This document shows, piece after piece, positions 50,743 to 64,000 of a stretch of 64,000 nt of DNA. The translations under genes were made by a program, and so were the position numbers. Below the pieces are notes generated by a model. The model made no database searches and was not told where the DNA came from. It saw nothing but the letters and a program-made list of their open reading frames with translations. Source of the stretch: Azolla caroliniana (taxonomy: Eukaryota; Plantae; Polypodiophyta); the NCBI GenBank assembly GCA_043228905.1, contig JBHGNT010000013.1, positions 2,914,001 through 2,978,000 of the forward strand, in the 5' to 3' direction. Positions within the stretch are counted from its first letter, which is position 1; the number at the start of each line of letters is the position of its first letter.

Positions 50743-53700
50743 TATTATAGATCTAAGTACTAAAGTAAGCTTAAGATAAGGATAAAGTAATAATATAGAT
50801 AGAAAGAAGAAAGAGAAAGAAGGGTGACGATCCACCCGACCACCCCCAAGCGAAGGGATCGGGATGGACTCGAGCCTCGATCGGCGTCCCATACCACCGT
50901 CGTGGCGTCGAGTCGTACCTGGTGCTGGCGCGCTCGCTACAAGAGTTGACCCACCACACGAGCAGAGTCTCGATGTAGTCAAAAGATGATCCAATGAGGG
51001 TAGCTAGGCCTCTTATTTATAGCGATACCCAAGGCCCCTAGGCAAGTTCACACTTGACCTAATGGGTTGTCTCAATCCCGAGGATTAAAAGTAATCCTCC
51101 CCTTCTCTACACTCTCGTTTAACCCTCACACTTATCCACGTGTATAGAATACTACGGTAAATTCTTACCACGGGATATTATATGGTCATGCCCGTAACAT
51201 ACTCCCCCTCTTTAAAACATTGCACTCTTGCAATGGAAAGTTAGGGAAGTTAGTTCTAAGAGTATTTTCGCGTTCCCATGTGGCATCTTTTATTGATTTA
51301 TCCATCCATTTTATTTTAAATTCTCGGATTTCTTTAGTACGTAATTTTTTTGTTTTAACATCGAGAATTCTTTTTGGTACATGTGGTTTAGAAGATATTT
51401 CTTCAGAAGTAACCAGAGTTTCAGTCGTAATTGTATTGTCGCCAGAACCTAGAAGTTCTTTTAGACGACTCACATGAAAGACTGGATGAATTCCGACACC
51501 ATCAGGAAGAGCGAGACGATAGGCTGATGACCCAATGCGTTTGAGAACTGTAAAAGGTCCACAAAACCGTGGGGCTAACTTAGCGCACTTACCCGTAGAC
51601 AATGTCTTAGAATTGTGAGGTACACATAAAAATACCTTCTGTCCAGGGTTGAATACACGAGGTTGCCTATGATGATCGACATAAAAACGCGCTCTATCTT
51701 GAGCTGTTTTTATATTATCTCGTGCAATATGCAACATATCTTGCATATCCCGAAGAAAGTTTTGCGTACTTCGCAACTCATCATGATGTATATTAACATC
51801 AATCGGGGCTCGTGGCTGAAAACCATACATCAACATAAAAGGACTATATCCCGTCGACGTATGCTTGGAGCTGTTATAAGCAAACTCCAAAATTGGGAGA
51901 TAACGTTCCCATTTTGTTGGTTTTGCACCAACGTATGCTCGAAGCATGTCCTCAATAATTTGATTTACTCGTTCTGTCTGTCCATCGGATTGAGGATGAT
52001 CCGTGGAGCTCATGCTCAACGTAGTTTCTAACTTCTTAAAGACTTGCGTCTAGAAGTCACTAGTAAACTTTGGATCTCGATCACTCACGATATCCATCGG
52101 TAACCCATAAAAACGAAACAATTCGTCAACGAATTGGTAAGCCAGTTCAGGAGCTGTTACCGTGGTTTTAGTAGCAATAAATCTGGCCATTTTAGTTAGT
52201 CGATCAACGACAACCCAGATGGCATCATGACCTTTTTGGGTGCGAGGAAGGCTAACAATAAAATCCATGGATATACTTTCCGACTTATTATTGGGAATGT
52301 CCAAGGGATGTAAAAGTCCTGCGGCTTTAAGTCGCTCGGCTTTGTTAACCTGACACTGGTGACATTTAGTCACATAGCTATGTATGTCAGGACGCATCTT
52401 AGGCCAATAAAATTGAGTGGAGATGAGAACAAGTGTACGATGTATTCCAGGGTGCCCTGTTGAGGGTGCATCATGGCATTAAAAAAGAATCCTCTTTTTG
52501 ACCTCGGGTAAATCTGGAACACAAACCTTCCCATTACGGTAGAGCAAACCGTTAGCAATGTGGAAGTATTCCTTCAAGGATGTGGTGGTGTCTGTTCCAA
52601 ACTCAACTCTTGCCCAGTATTTTGCGAAATAACTGTCATCAGGATACTTTCCTCGAAGGTGATCATAAAGATCGGATGATATTTCAGTGAAGCTAAGCGT
52701 GTTAACTTCACGGATGCGACTTAGTGCATCAACGACAATGTTCATGGAACCTTTACGATATCGTATAGAAAAATCAAAGTCCTGGATGAGATCAGCCCAT
52801 CGTGCCTTACGACCTTTCAGGTCTTGTTGGTCACAAAAATATTTCAAGGACTCGTGGTCCGTAGTTACCACAAAGTGATTTCCATAAAGATAATGGCGCC
52901 ATGTTTTGAGTGCATGTATAACTGCAAATAATTCCTTTTCTTGAACGGTATACCGACATTGAGCAGAATCAAGTTTCTTACTCTCGAACGCTATTGGTTT
53001 ACCATCTTGATATAAGACAGCACCTATAGCATAATCGCTTGCATCGGTTTCAACCTCAAAAGGTTTTGAAGGATCAGGTAAAAGAAGTGAAGGAGCCTTG
53101 CAAACTAGGTCCTTGAGTTCCTTAAAGGCGAGGTCTAGTGTACCATTCCACACAATAGGTTTTGTAGACTTACGTGTTTGACCTTTTAAAAGATCAGTAA
53201 ACGGCGTCGTCAATTGGGAGTAATTACGAAGAGACTTTCGCAAAAACCCGACAAAACCAAGGAATGATCGAACTTCTCGAATATTCCGAAGAGTGGGCCA
53301 AAGCTTGATTTTCTCAATGCGAGAAGGATCAATTTCAACTCCTCGTTCGGTTATGAGATGTCCTAGATAAGTAATTGATTTCTTGAAGAACTCACATTTT
53401 GAGATCTTTGCATAAAACTGTTTGTCACGCAATGTTTGTAAAACAAAGCGGACATGTCTAGCATGTTCTTGTAATGTACGGCTATAAACTAAAATATCAT
53501 CCAAGAAAATAACGACAAATTTTCCAAGTTGTTCTCGGAAAATGTCATTCATTTCTTGTTGAAAAGTAGCTGGAGCATTGGTCAAACCAAAAGGCATAAC
53601 CAAAAACTCGTAATGGCCATAGCACGTACGAAATGCCGTTTTAGGAACATCGTCCTCACTTATTCGTATTTGATGGTAGCCAGTACGGAGATCAAGTTTC

Positions 53701-56700
53701 GTAAAATACCGAGCTCCTTGGAGACGGTCAATTAGATCGTCAGCCCGGGGCAATGGGTACGAATTCTTGATCGTCACTTTATTCAAGCGTCGGTAATTAA
53801 TACACATACGCCATGTGCCCTCTTTCTTTTTAACCAAGAGAACTGGTGCACCCCATGGAGATTTACTATAACGTATATAACCCATTCGTAAATAGTCCTT
53901 GAGTTGCTTAGATACCTCATCTTCTTCGGATCGACTTAAGCGATACGGAGGTATACTTATTGGTGCAACACCAGGTACAATATCTATACGATGGTCTATA
54001 TTACGTTTAGGAGGTAACCCATCAGGTAGTTCACTTGGAAAAACATCATGAAAATCATTTAAGATTTCATCAAGTTGTTGTTGTTCAAAATATGATAATT
54101 GAACCGGGACATTATCGATATTGTAAACGTGAATGTCCGGATCAAGTACACAATAAAAAAACGTAGAACAAGACAACTCAGATATTGATGGACACGAGGA
54201 AACAATCGAGAGGGATTGTTTTTTTACACATTGAATAAATTGCGTACAATCGTTCAGTACAAAAGAAATGGAATGGCGAACCCAATCAATAAATAAAGAA
54301 GAGTTTTTATTATAAAACCAGGGATAACCCAGTATTACATCAGTGGTACAAAGATTCATTACATGGAAGTCTACTTCCTCTATATAAGTATCAATAGAAA
54401 TTCCTAATGAATGAATCGCCCCGTTGATGTATTGTACTCTTCCATCAGCCAAGTGCACCGTGTAGGTGTGATCACTTACGGTGGGTTGGATTCCCCATAT
54501 CTGAACCAAACGATCATTCACAAAATTGTGTGAGCTTCCCGAATCAAATAAAAATTGTACGGGAGATCCATTGATATACCCGTTTGCACGTAGTAAATCA
54601 TTGGGACCCAATACATAGTGAGGGAAAGAACATTGACAATTACTTAAATGATGTGTATAGACCTGAAGGACATTAGGAATCTGACCTTTATGGTCTGCAG
54701 CTTTAGCTTTGTTGTCGTGCTCTTTCCGTTGGAGCTTTCAACATTGATCTTTTGTATGACCCTTCTTTTTGTAGAATACACAAAAAGGATGTTGTCGCTT
54801 ACAATCGCGATCCAGGAATTCGTTGGGTGTCTTGCGTTTCCCAACAAATTGCGACTGCTTAGTCCCGGGCGCTTCGTTGGGTTTGTTATGGTCCTTCTTC
54901 GAAGTGCATTGATAGCGAAGAACTATTTCAACGGCCTCTTCGAAGGATTTTGGATCCTTATCGTGCATTATCCAGTGATAGTCCGAATTGGGGATGCCAT
55001 TGACAAAACAAGCTATCAACCAATTGTCCCCTTCTAGACCCGATTTTTGGATTTGGGTTCTAGCATGGTGAACATAGTCTTCTAGCGAGGAAAATTTCCT
55101 GCTAGAGAGGTTCATTAAAGCTTGTGCTGCCTCGGTTCGAGAGGGAGGTTGCAGAAATTGGCCCTTAAAAACCGTGACAAAATCTATCCAGGTATCGGGC
55201 AATTTCCCCATAGTACGGAGCCCACGCCACCAGGCGGCGGCCTTACCCCCGAGTTCTCGGCCGACATATGCAATCTTCGTACTATCTGGCGTGGGATAGA
55301 GCTCAAAATGAGACTCCCATCGTCCCAGCCATGTGCAGATTGCTTCTTCGGTTCTTTCCTTTTTGTCTCCCGTAAATGGCTTAACAACAAATGATGGTTC
55401 ACCTTGTCGCTCATCAGGTCTATTAGTCTCACGTTGTAGACTTATGACACGTGCCTCAAGAGCACTCTGAGATTGCCGAAGTTCGGTCATCTGTTGAGCG
55501 GTGAAACTGAGGTATTGGGTTATTTGTGCCAAATACATCTCAGTGGACATTTGTCCAGGAGGATTCCCTTGAGTTCCTTCCGCTTGAGCGGATGACATGG
55601 GGTCGTTAATTTGAGCCATTAAAGATTATTTCTGGAAAAGAAATAGGACAAGGTCAGAAATATAGTTATAACATCATGTCGTGATGTAAACATATCATGG
55701 GCGAGCATTAATCGATATCATTATCTCACGTCAATACCCCTCTAGACGTATGAGATGAGGTTCAAGATCAGGTTACTATGGTAACACAAAGGTGTTTTAA
55801 AAACCATGGGGGTGACAAATAAATGTCTTTCCCTGATCTCTATATCGATTTTTTCATGGTGGCTCCCCGAGGCTCAACCATGTATGTTCGCGTCATGAAT
55901 TGTTTATACACGAAAAAAATGTTAATAATAAACTATATTTCGGTGCCCACATATGTGGTTTCGGCTCTTTATTAAGTCCTATTACGAGGACCCCGAGGTG
56001 CACTTAGACCTTAAGTCTAAACATGTGTTACAGTCATATGTATCAAGGATATTGTATGGTCTTGGTCATATTTGAACTCGAGACCTCGAGAACAAATACA
56101 TTAAACACTTGAGGCAACCAAGTAAGTTGCTCTTCTCGAATGCTTAATGTTTGATGCGTATAAGAGATATGCGAGGCAATTGATCATATATGTTTTTTTT
56201 TTAAAAGAACATATATGTCAAGGGTCCTTATTTCGCCCTCATTTACCAAAACTATGTTGGTACGTTACCTAACCTCAAGTCTCGTAATTACGATGGCATA
56301 CGCCAAAGTGCAACCTAATGGTCAAGCCAAATGAGCCCTCATTTCGTAGTAGGCTCACGTGGGCCATCACATGGTCACGTCATTACGAATGCCTCTCGTA
56401 AGAACGAGCTCATGGTGGCATCGTATCCATGTAACGAGGGAGGGATGTTGGATACGTGCGTCATTGGAGCGACCTCACTTGAAGTGGGTCAAGCCCTACG
56501 TACTCAACATCATTTTGGCTATTGGCGTTTCTTTACGTAACGAAATCGAGGTCGTCAACGGTGTTATCAACAATAAAAAAATGTTGAAAAAGGGATGGTG
56601 ACAACGCCATTCTCACAAAAATGTGAGGACGGCCACCAACATCCTTTTCCCGACAAGGACAACTTTCGATATAATCACGTAATAACGAATATACACATAT

Positions 56701-57755
56701 GTTTACTTATCACATATATACGATCAAATACGTATATATGTGACCACATATGCCTATATTAAACATATCGTTATATTAAATAGCCACAAATGATGTGATC
56801 GAGATACGTAATCGAGGTATATACCTCTACGCACACGAAACATCCACAAATAAGAGATCATCGTAATACGCAATTGAGGTATTGACCTCTTACGCATACG
56901 AGACCAACCGCATATCGTTTACTACAAATCAACAACTCATACGCAAACGTAACATATGTTCGTGAATGTAATTGAGGTATTAACCTCGTACGCATACGAC
57001 ACTCATCACATATTATTAATATGTCAAACGAGGTATTGAGCTCGTGCACATATGTAAACGTTTTAGATAATCAATTAAAGACCACTACAACATCATTGAC
57101 TTAATGAAAAAAAATGACATATAAACTAAACACATGATTAGATGGGAGAAGAGAGAATAGAAAAAAAATTCTGGAAAGAGTTACCGAAGTTCTTTGTTGA
57201 TCGTTGTCTGGATCAAGGCCGACCGCATATCGATCGATCAACATCAATCAAAAGACAAATGAAAAACAAAGAAACATTAGTACATAAATCTGATACCAAA
57301 TATTATAGATCTAAGTACTAAAGTAAGCTTAAGATAAGGATAAAGTAATAATAGATAGAAAGAAGAAAGAGAAAGAAGGGTGACGATCCACCCGACCACC
57401 CCCGAGCGAAGGGATCGAGACGGACTCGAGCCTCGATCGGCGTCCCATACCACCGTCGTGGCGTCGAGTCGTACCTGGTGCTGGTGCGCTCGCTACAAGA
57501 GTTGACCCACCACACGAGCAGAGTCTCGATGTAGTCAAAAGATGATCCAATGAGGGTAGCTAGGCCTCTTATTTATAGCGATACCCAAGGCCCCCAGGCA
57601 AGTTCATACTTGACCTAATGGGTTGTCTCAATCCCGAGGATTAAAAGTAATCCTCCCCTTCTCTACACTCTCGTTTAACCCTCACACTTATCCACGTGTA
57701 TAGAATACTACGGTAAATTCTTACCACGAGATATTATATGGTCATGCCCGTAACA
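50743..57755 (-). mobile_element. Chromoviral gypsy G4 nested in G3; LTRs 57301-57755 (5') and 50743-51199 (3')
   Basis: Perfect TSD CAGAT; highly similar LTRs; Met-type PBS TGGTATCAGA; PPT AAAAGAGGGGGAG. Confidence 0.96.
51186..55619 (-). pseudogene. G4 gag, PR-RT-RH, IN and chromodomain with few lesions
   Basis: gag ORF 55619-54738; [21 protein letters not shown] (54611-52479); SMDFI, SDRDPKF, GQTERVNQ; RILD...IKW...ATWE; frameshift near 52480 and stop at 52050. Confidence 0.92.
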
Positions 57756-59601
57756 CAGATGCATTATCACGGCGTTCATATCTAGCACTACGTCTCGGCG
57801 AGCCGGCTTTCGATAACCAAAAGTTAGTAATCTTGGGACCGGCACGACTGCAAGCAACACATGTCTTCGGTATGCCCTTGGATTCCCACGTTATCAATAC
57901 CATACATGAGAACTTGAAGACAAATGATTTCGCTCAAGCCATTCTAGCACAAATTGATCCCTCTTGAGCATCTTATTCACAATCGCAACAACCAAGTACG
58001 GACTATCGACAATTCAAATGTCATGCTGGATTACTATTCTTTAAGAAACTCTTGTATGTTCCTAATGGTACTTATCGCCGTCAAGTAGTCCAAAACTATC
58101 ATGACACATATACAGTTGGGCATTTTGGTAGTACTAAAACACAAGATTTAGTACAACAATCCTTCTGGTGGCCCCATATGCGACAATTTGTCAAAGATTT
58201 TGTTTGGACTTCTGATACATGTTGCAGAGAAAAAATGCCAAGGCATCATCCATATGGTTTATTAGAAGCATTACCAATTCCAAGCAATCCATGGCAATCC
58301 ATTGCCCTAGATTTCATCACAGATCTTTCGGTCTCTAAGGGATTCGATGCGATCTTAACAATAGTAGATCAATATACGAAGATGGCCCATTTCCTGCCAT
58401 GTACTAAGGAAATCCCTAGTGAACAAACCGCCGAAATTGTCATGCATGAAGTATGTCGGTATCATGGCCTTCCCAATAGTATCATCAACAGTCGTGGATC
58501 CCAGTTCGTCTCAAAGTTCTAGAAGCAGCTCTTTAAAATGCTTAAGGTCACTTGTAACCTCTCCTTTAGCTACCACCCACAAACAAACGGCCAAACAAAA
58601 CGAACAAATCAAACGCTGGAGCAGTATCTTCGGTGCTTTTTAAGCTATCATCAAGATGATTGGGTGGATATTCTTCACTTTGTTGAATTTGCGTATAATA
58701 ACTCTGTCCATTCATCGACAAAGGTGACACCATTTTATGCTTACACGGGCTGTCACCCCCGGTGGTGTGTATTTGAAATCCCAGAGTTACCCACAAATCC
58801 TTGTGCAGAGGATTGTTTGGAGCATCTATGTAAGATAGAAGCAGATTTATCTACTCATCTACAACAAGCTCAACAAATACACAAGGTTTATGCGGATCGT
58901 CATTTGCTTCCATCTAGTTTTCACATTGGAGATTGGGTGTGGCTACTATGACGACACATCAAGACTACTCGCCCATGCGAGAAGTTGGATTATCGTCGAT
59001 TAGGTCCGTTCTGTGTATTATCGGAAAAATTAATGATGTCCCTTTTCGTCTCGATCTACGTCCTCAACTTCGGATACATCCTGAGTACGAGGTTGTCGCC
59101 ATCGTCGATTCCAAGATTGTTCGCAACAAGCTCTACTATTTAGTCGATTGGCTAGGATATAGTCCCAGCGAGCATACTTGGGAACCAATAGATAATGTCA
59201 CCAATGCTGGTGCTCTTCTTGAAGACCTCCATCGTCAATATCCAGACAAACCGGGTCCTCAATCCAAAAACGACTCGTGACACTCGTCATTTTAAAAAGG
59301 GGATAGTGTCATGATATGGAAAGACTCGAAACCATGACCTTATGTTACATGGGTCGAGCTCTTGACCATTAGACTATATGTTGTAATACGAAAGATATTA
59401 TTTTCATTTAGATTCTACTATAGAAAATTGATGTATATTCCAGATTTCTCTAGAACATTCTAGAAACTTCAGGAGTACTCCTGAGAACACTATAAAAGGT
59501 GACACAAGGCATTATTTCGAACCAAATCGGTTAAACCCCAGTCTTAAGCCTCCTAGCTACTATTTTATATTCCCTTAACATAATATATATTTTTTGTTAT
59601 C

Positions 59602-59642
<41 letters not shown>

Positions 59643-61409
59643 ACTCACTCTCTCCTTCTCTCGAGAGTTCTACACCTTCCTTAGTACTAATCCTCATCTT
59701 TTAGTACTAATTCCTTCTCTGTTTTAGTATTATTGTTAATAGTACTTCTCTGTCTTAGTATTGCTCCTGACAGTAGGTGGCCGACATCTTCCCCAAGGCG
59801 CTCAGATCGTCCAAGTTGTAGCACTTTTCGGAGATGTGTAGTCTACAACATCTCAATGTGTCGCACTTGAGGGGGAGAACAGGTAGAGAAAAAGGGGGAG
59901 AGCAACAGGAACAAGCCGAAACTGAACAATATGCCGAATCAATTGAAGAAGTCGGCACATCTAGAAGAGCTGGAACAGGTGGGAAAGGTAGCAAAGTCAA
60001 GAAGGATAGAGCCGACCAAGAGAAAAAGGCCAGGACCAAGACATGGTCGGATGTGGTCAAGGGGCTGAAGACAGATGATGAATTGGAGACAACCAATTTG
60101 ATCAAGTGGTTGGATTCGGACGAGCCAAATCCAAAGAAGGTCAAGCAGACAAGAGGGAAATCGAAGCCAACACCGAAACGAAGGATTCAACAAGTCAAGG
60201 AGCGTTGATACCACAACAACAAGGGAGCTAAGAAGGACCTTAAGAGTAGACAAGATGCGCGGAGTTGGATGGGTTAAGAAGCGCTAGACCGGAGGGGGTG
60301 TAGAATGCGGAACCAGACTGGTGGAGGAGCGCAATCAAGGCGTGAGGATGATAGGAAGAGCCAGAAGATGGAGCCGACAGATGAGATGAAACCTCAAGTT
60401 GAGCTTGCGAGGGAGTGTTGAGATGGAAGCTCAACATGGGCCGGATTGGCTAAAGAAGCCAAGAGACAAATCAGATCGAAAAGTCGAATCGGAGAGGTGG
60501 ATCCACGAGAGCTAGTAGGCCATTAGAGGCCTACGATCCTAGCCTAGTAGATAGGCATATTTTTAGGAGTTAGTGTCAGTCACTCAGTTATGAGCATTGA
60601 AGTACATGTTAGTACTTCTATCAATCCTTTAAGGACTTGAATAAAAGTGCTCTTTGAGCACATTGTATGTACATAGAGTGTTATTTTTTAATTGAGTTTT
60701 AAGTGTTATGGTCCCTCTGTCTCTCCCAAGTTCTCTGCGTGTTATCTGAGTTTCCATTAATCCTTCATTTATTTTCTGTTGCTATCCGAATGTAACCGGT
60801 TTTGTCTTTTAGCTTCCGCGCGCTATTCTTTCATAGCACAACCATTAGAAGCAACAATTGTGTCTCGACAATAACAAGGAACGAGAACTCAAGGACTCCT
60901 TAAGGAACCAAAAATCAGTTTTTCCATTAAATTTGATGGAACATGATCACAATCTAGAGGGTTTCTCAACCCAGTATGTTTAATAATCAAAATGCATCCT
61001 TCTCGATATCCAACCGACTCATCACAAATGGTATTAGTAGACACATTACTAACCGGTATAACATTAGCCTGGTTTACACCCTTGTTGAAAAAGGATCTCC
61101 TTTGTTAAATAAATCAAGGAATTCACTAACCAAAGGATGTGTAGGAGATACTGATAGTGTTAGAATAGCAATGGACAAAATTTGAAGGCTACGAGAAAGG
61201 AATCATCTTGCCTCAGCCTATGCAACTGATTTTTGTCTACTGGCAACCGATATTCCATGGGACGACGAAATTCACTCACGTGGCCAATTAGTCAATCAGT
61301 ACCATGCGATAACTAGCTTTTCAAGCAAAGTTCATAACGACGACAACAAATGGCAAGGACAAGGTCATAGCCCACATATGCATCAATTGTAGCAAAATGC
61401 TCCCCACGG

Positions 61410-61720
61410 TAATCATACAATACATCATCTACAAATGCGCCAACACCAATGGAAATCAATGGAACACATCATCATGAACCATTGTCCGAAGAGAGAAAAC
61501 AATGGCATCGAGAAAACCCTACCCAAGGGAATCATACAATACATCATCTACAAATGCTCCAACACCAATGGAAAATCGATGCAACACATCGTCACTATCC
61601 ATTGTAAGATGAGGAAATGCAATGACATCAAGCAAACCCTCCCTAACAGAATCATACAATGCATCATTTATAAATGCTCCAATACGAATGGAAATCAATG
61701 CAATATGTCATCATGAACCA
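61410..61720. repeat. ~120-bp unit repeated about three times in G0 gag
   Basis: aatcatacaat(a/g)catcat(c/t)ta(c/t)aaatg at ~61410, 61530, 61650. Confidence 0.8.
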
Positions 61721-63042
61721 TTGTCAGAAGAGGAAAAGCAAAAACGAGCAAACCGCCTATGTATATATTTTGGTGGCCTAGTGCATCTTGTAGTGAATTG
61801 TCCCTATAGGCCCAAATGTGGGTAAACCAAGTTGCTACTATTGACAAACCTAAGTCTATTTCATTAAGGGTATCTAACAATATTGGTGGACCAAGCTTAT
61901 CAAATAAATTTGAGGTTATAAGTCAACTAGATGTTGAGTTAAACGATTAAGTCTAGGCAAAATAGGAGTTGTTTGGTTGGGCAGTCTTGGATTTGTGGAA
62001 TCCATCAATGGTTCCATTTCTTCTAAACAAGTTAACAACGTATTCTTAGGTAAAGTGGAAGTTAGTATAACAACAAATCACTAAGTTCATTTTCTAATAC
62101 TCCTAGATACCGGGAAATTATTGCTTCATGGATAGAGATTTTGCTCGACTTCATCAGGTAACTCTAACAAAACTTCCCAGCCCAACTTTTGTAGTAGTTA
62201 TTGATGTTGCCCTTTTGTTTTCAGAAATATAGTAGAGGAGTCTAAGCCAATTTATGTTGTGCTAGATAATTTAGCATGTGTAAATCCTTTAACATAATTA
62301 GCAGCCCTAGACATCCAATTGTTTCGGGTGTCGTGGTTTGAACTAGATAACCCCAAAATTGAGTTGACAAAGCGACAAATCAAGTATTGTTAACAAAATA
62401 ATTTGAAACCCCAAGCATTTACTATTATAGAACTCAATCTCATAGGATTTCAACTATTTCACTATTACAATTACGTCGAGAAGGACGAAAAGAATGAATG
62501 TTCTTAATATTTGTAATATCAATAAAGTTTTCCAATATCATTGAAGTAAAATTAGAAATCTAACTTCAGACTAAAAAAGTATCAAGATTATGCAGATGTT
62601 TTTGACAAGGTAAAAGCTAATACACTTGTAAAACATCAAGTATATGTTTGTCCCATTGATTTACAACCAGGAAAGGAGCTACCATGGGAACCAATCTACA
62701 ATTTTTCACCAAACTAGCTTGAGGTTCTTCAAACATATACATTGCGCAAAACTTGGTAAATGGATTCATGTGATACTCAAAATCTCCAACTGGTGCACCC
62801 ATTGTCTATATGAAGAAGAAATAGTGTTCACTTTATCTAGTAGTGTATTACCAATGTTTGAATAAAATTACTATTAGTAATAGCTATGCAGTCCCCTTGA
62901 TTCTAGTCTCTTAGAATGAATTTGTGGAGTAAAATATTTTACAAGTATTGATTTACGAGATGCATAGTTTTGTCTGGGAGACAAGTGAGAGACAATTTTC
63001 TGCATTCGATATGTCATTTTGAGCATACAGAGATGTCGTTAG

Positions 63043-63396
63043 TGTTGAAAATAATAATAATTATAAATTGTTATTAATCTTAGGAATACGGAAGAACTGT
63101 AACTGTATCGGTGATGGGATTATAAAGCCACCACCAATGATGTAATAATTAGGGCGTAATAATATAACTATTTTTTTTTCTCTCTGTCTCTCTTTATCGT
63201 AATTAGCTTACCCTAATGGTAAGTCGATAACACTACAAGCATTGTGTCTTGGGTTCGAAACCGAATTTCTTCACCTCTCTATTATATACTTCATATATAT
63301 CTCTATTTCACTAGATGCCACTGTGGAATGTAGGGGTTGAACCCATGACCACTTGGTCTCCATTGGGCAACCTTACCAACTGAGCTACATCCATTT

Positions 63397-63450
<54 letters not shown>

Positions 63451-64000
63451 TTTCCCTACATGGTATCAGAGCCAAACAACCTAAAAGCCTTATAGTCTAT
63501 GCCTTTCTTAAATCACAAAACACATGCCCTTATCATAATTTAACTTTTATGCCCATACAAAAATAATCATATTCATAGTGTCCAAGATCGTCAATTAACG
63601 AAAGACAATTTTGTGTTTGCCGTGCGCTGATCCGGACAGCCCTCTGCAATAATGGCACAATCTATGTCGTCATCGCAACTCAACATGCGAAAATTCACGA
63701 TCGAGAAATTATCGGACACAAATTATCGAATTTGGAAGGCAAGATTAGAATTACTTTTTAAATATAATAAAGTATGGGACATAATTTCAGGATCGTCGAC
63801 AAAACCTGAAAAAGGCGAAGAACTTGTAGAGTATGAGGAAAAAGACCTATGTGCAAGAATGGAAATTCTAATGCATGCAGGTGATGGCACTGGAGAAATA
63901 TTGCGAAAAATGGAGACGGCTCATGAAATGTGGAAGCACTTACAAACTATCTACGAGCCGAAAAACAATGCCCAACAAGCGCATACACTTCAAGCGCTTC
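63043..64000 (+). mobile_element. 5' end of copia C4 inserted in G0 RT: LTR 63043-63460, PBS, gag from 63652 running off the window
   Basis: TGTTG...CTACA followed by TGGTATCAGAGC; IEKLSDTNYRIWKARLELL...TAHEMWKHLQTIYE. Confidence 0.9.
63323..63393 (-). promoter_or_regulatory. tRNA(Ala)-like sequence inside the C4 LTR
   Basis: rc TGGATGTAGCTCAGTTGGTAAGG...GGGTTCAACCCCTACATTCCA with A-box, B-box and partial acceptor stem. Confidence 0.7.

Larger units (their letters stand above)
46866..59772 (+). mobile_element. Chromoviral gypsy G3 (Tcn1-like) nested in C1 RNase H; LTRs 46866-47295 and 59307-59772
   Basis: Perfect TSD GTAGG; gag 47747+, ALLDSRANSCF, YLDD, IN, chromodomain EYEVVAIVDS...YYLVDWLGY...TWEP; PPT AAAAAGGGGATAG; no TGG PBS. 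Confidence 0.93.
27323..60833 (+). mobile_element. Copia C1 (LTRs 27323-27775 and 60416-60833), degenerate, expanded to 33.5 kb by nested insertions
   Basis: Similar LTRs TGTTGAGATG...TTTCA; PBS TGGTATTAGAGC; TSD GAGCA/TAGCA; gag 27886+, PR WYVDFGASNHMT, LWHKRIGH 39938, RT YMDD 41836, RH 46500-46860 and 59778+. Confidence 0.92.
26840..63042 (+). mobile_element. Old gypsy G0 (related to G3), outermost host of the nest; 5' LTR ends ~27116, gag split at 27322/60834, cut again at 63043
   Basis: VSAQEYKSVLSKLQSL at 27170 parallels G3 gag; resumes at 60834 with KEPKI..KFDG-like sequence, then decayed PR and RT start; left LTR boundary approximate. Confidence 0.75.

Noticed and set aside
59834-60208. 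Charged ORF after C1 RNase H as an env-like gene
   Set aside because: Short, purine-rich low complexity, no hydrophobic segment

Overview
Land-plant nuclear DNA; self-primed chromoviral and tRNA-Trp-primed LTR elements suggest a non-seed plant such as a fern (inference). There is one intact host gene, a 6-exon ubiquitin-activating enzyme E1 (UBA1, 15150-24699, 1059 aa), between two transposon blocks. Left block (1-14350): a MULE-type transposase split by a copia element, with its N-terminal half now on the opposite strand (matching GTAAC TSD, in-frame join), indicating an inversion with one breakpoint at the LTR at 7046-7460. It also holds a ULP1-protease remnant, a short-LTR gypsy and a solo LTR. 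Right block (~26840-64000): eight LTR retrotransposons nested up to four deep, most delimited by TSDs. Most notable observations: tRNA-like Pol III A-box/B-box modules in the LTRs of several unrelated families; a covarying hairpin enclosing the PPT/LTR junction of copia elements; a Tf1-style self-priming site; a copy of the 3' flank pasted behind a 5' LTR; and an organellar rRNA filler inside a copia RT. All coordinates and comparisons were read by eye; no alignments or database searches were run.
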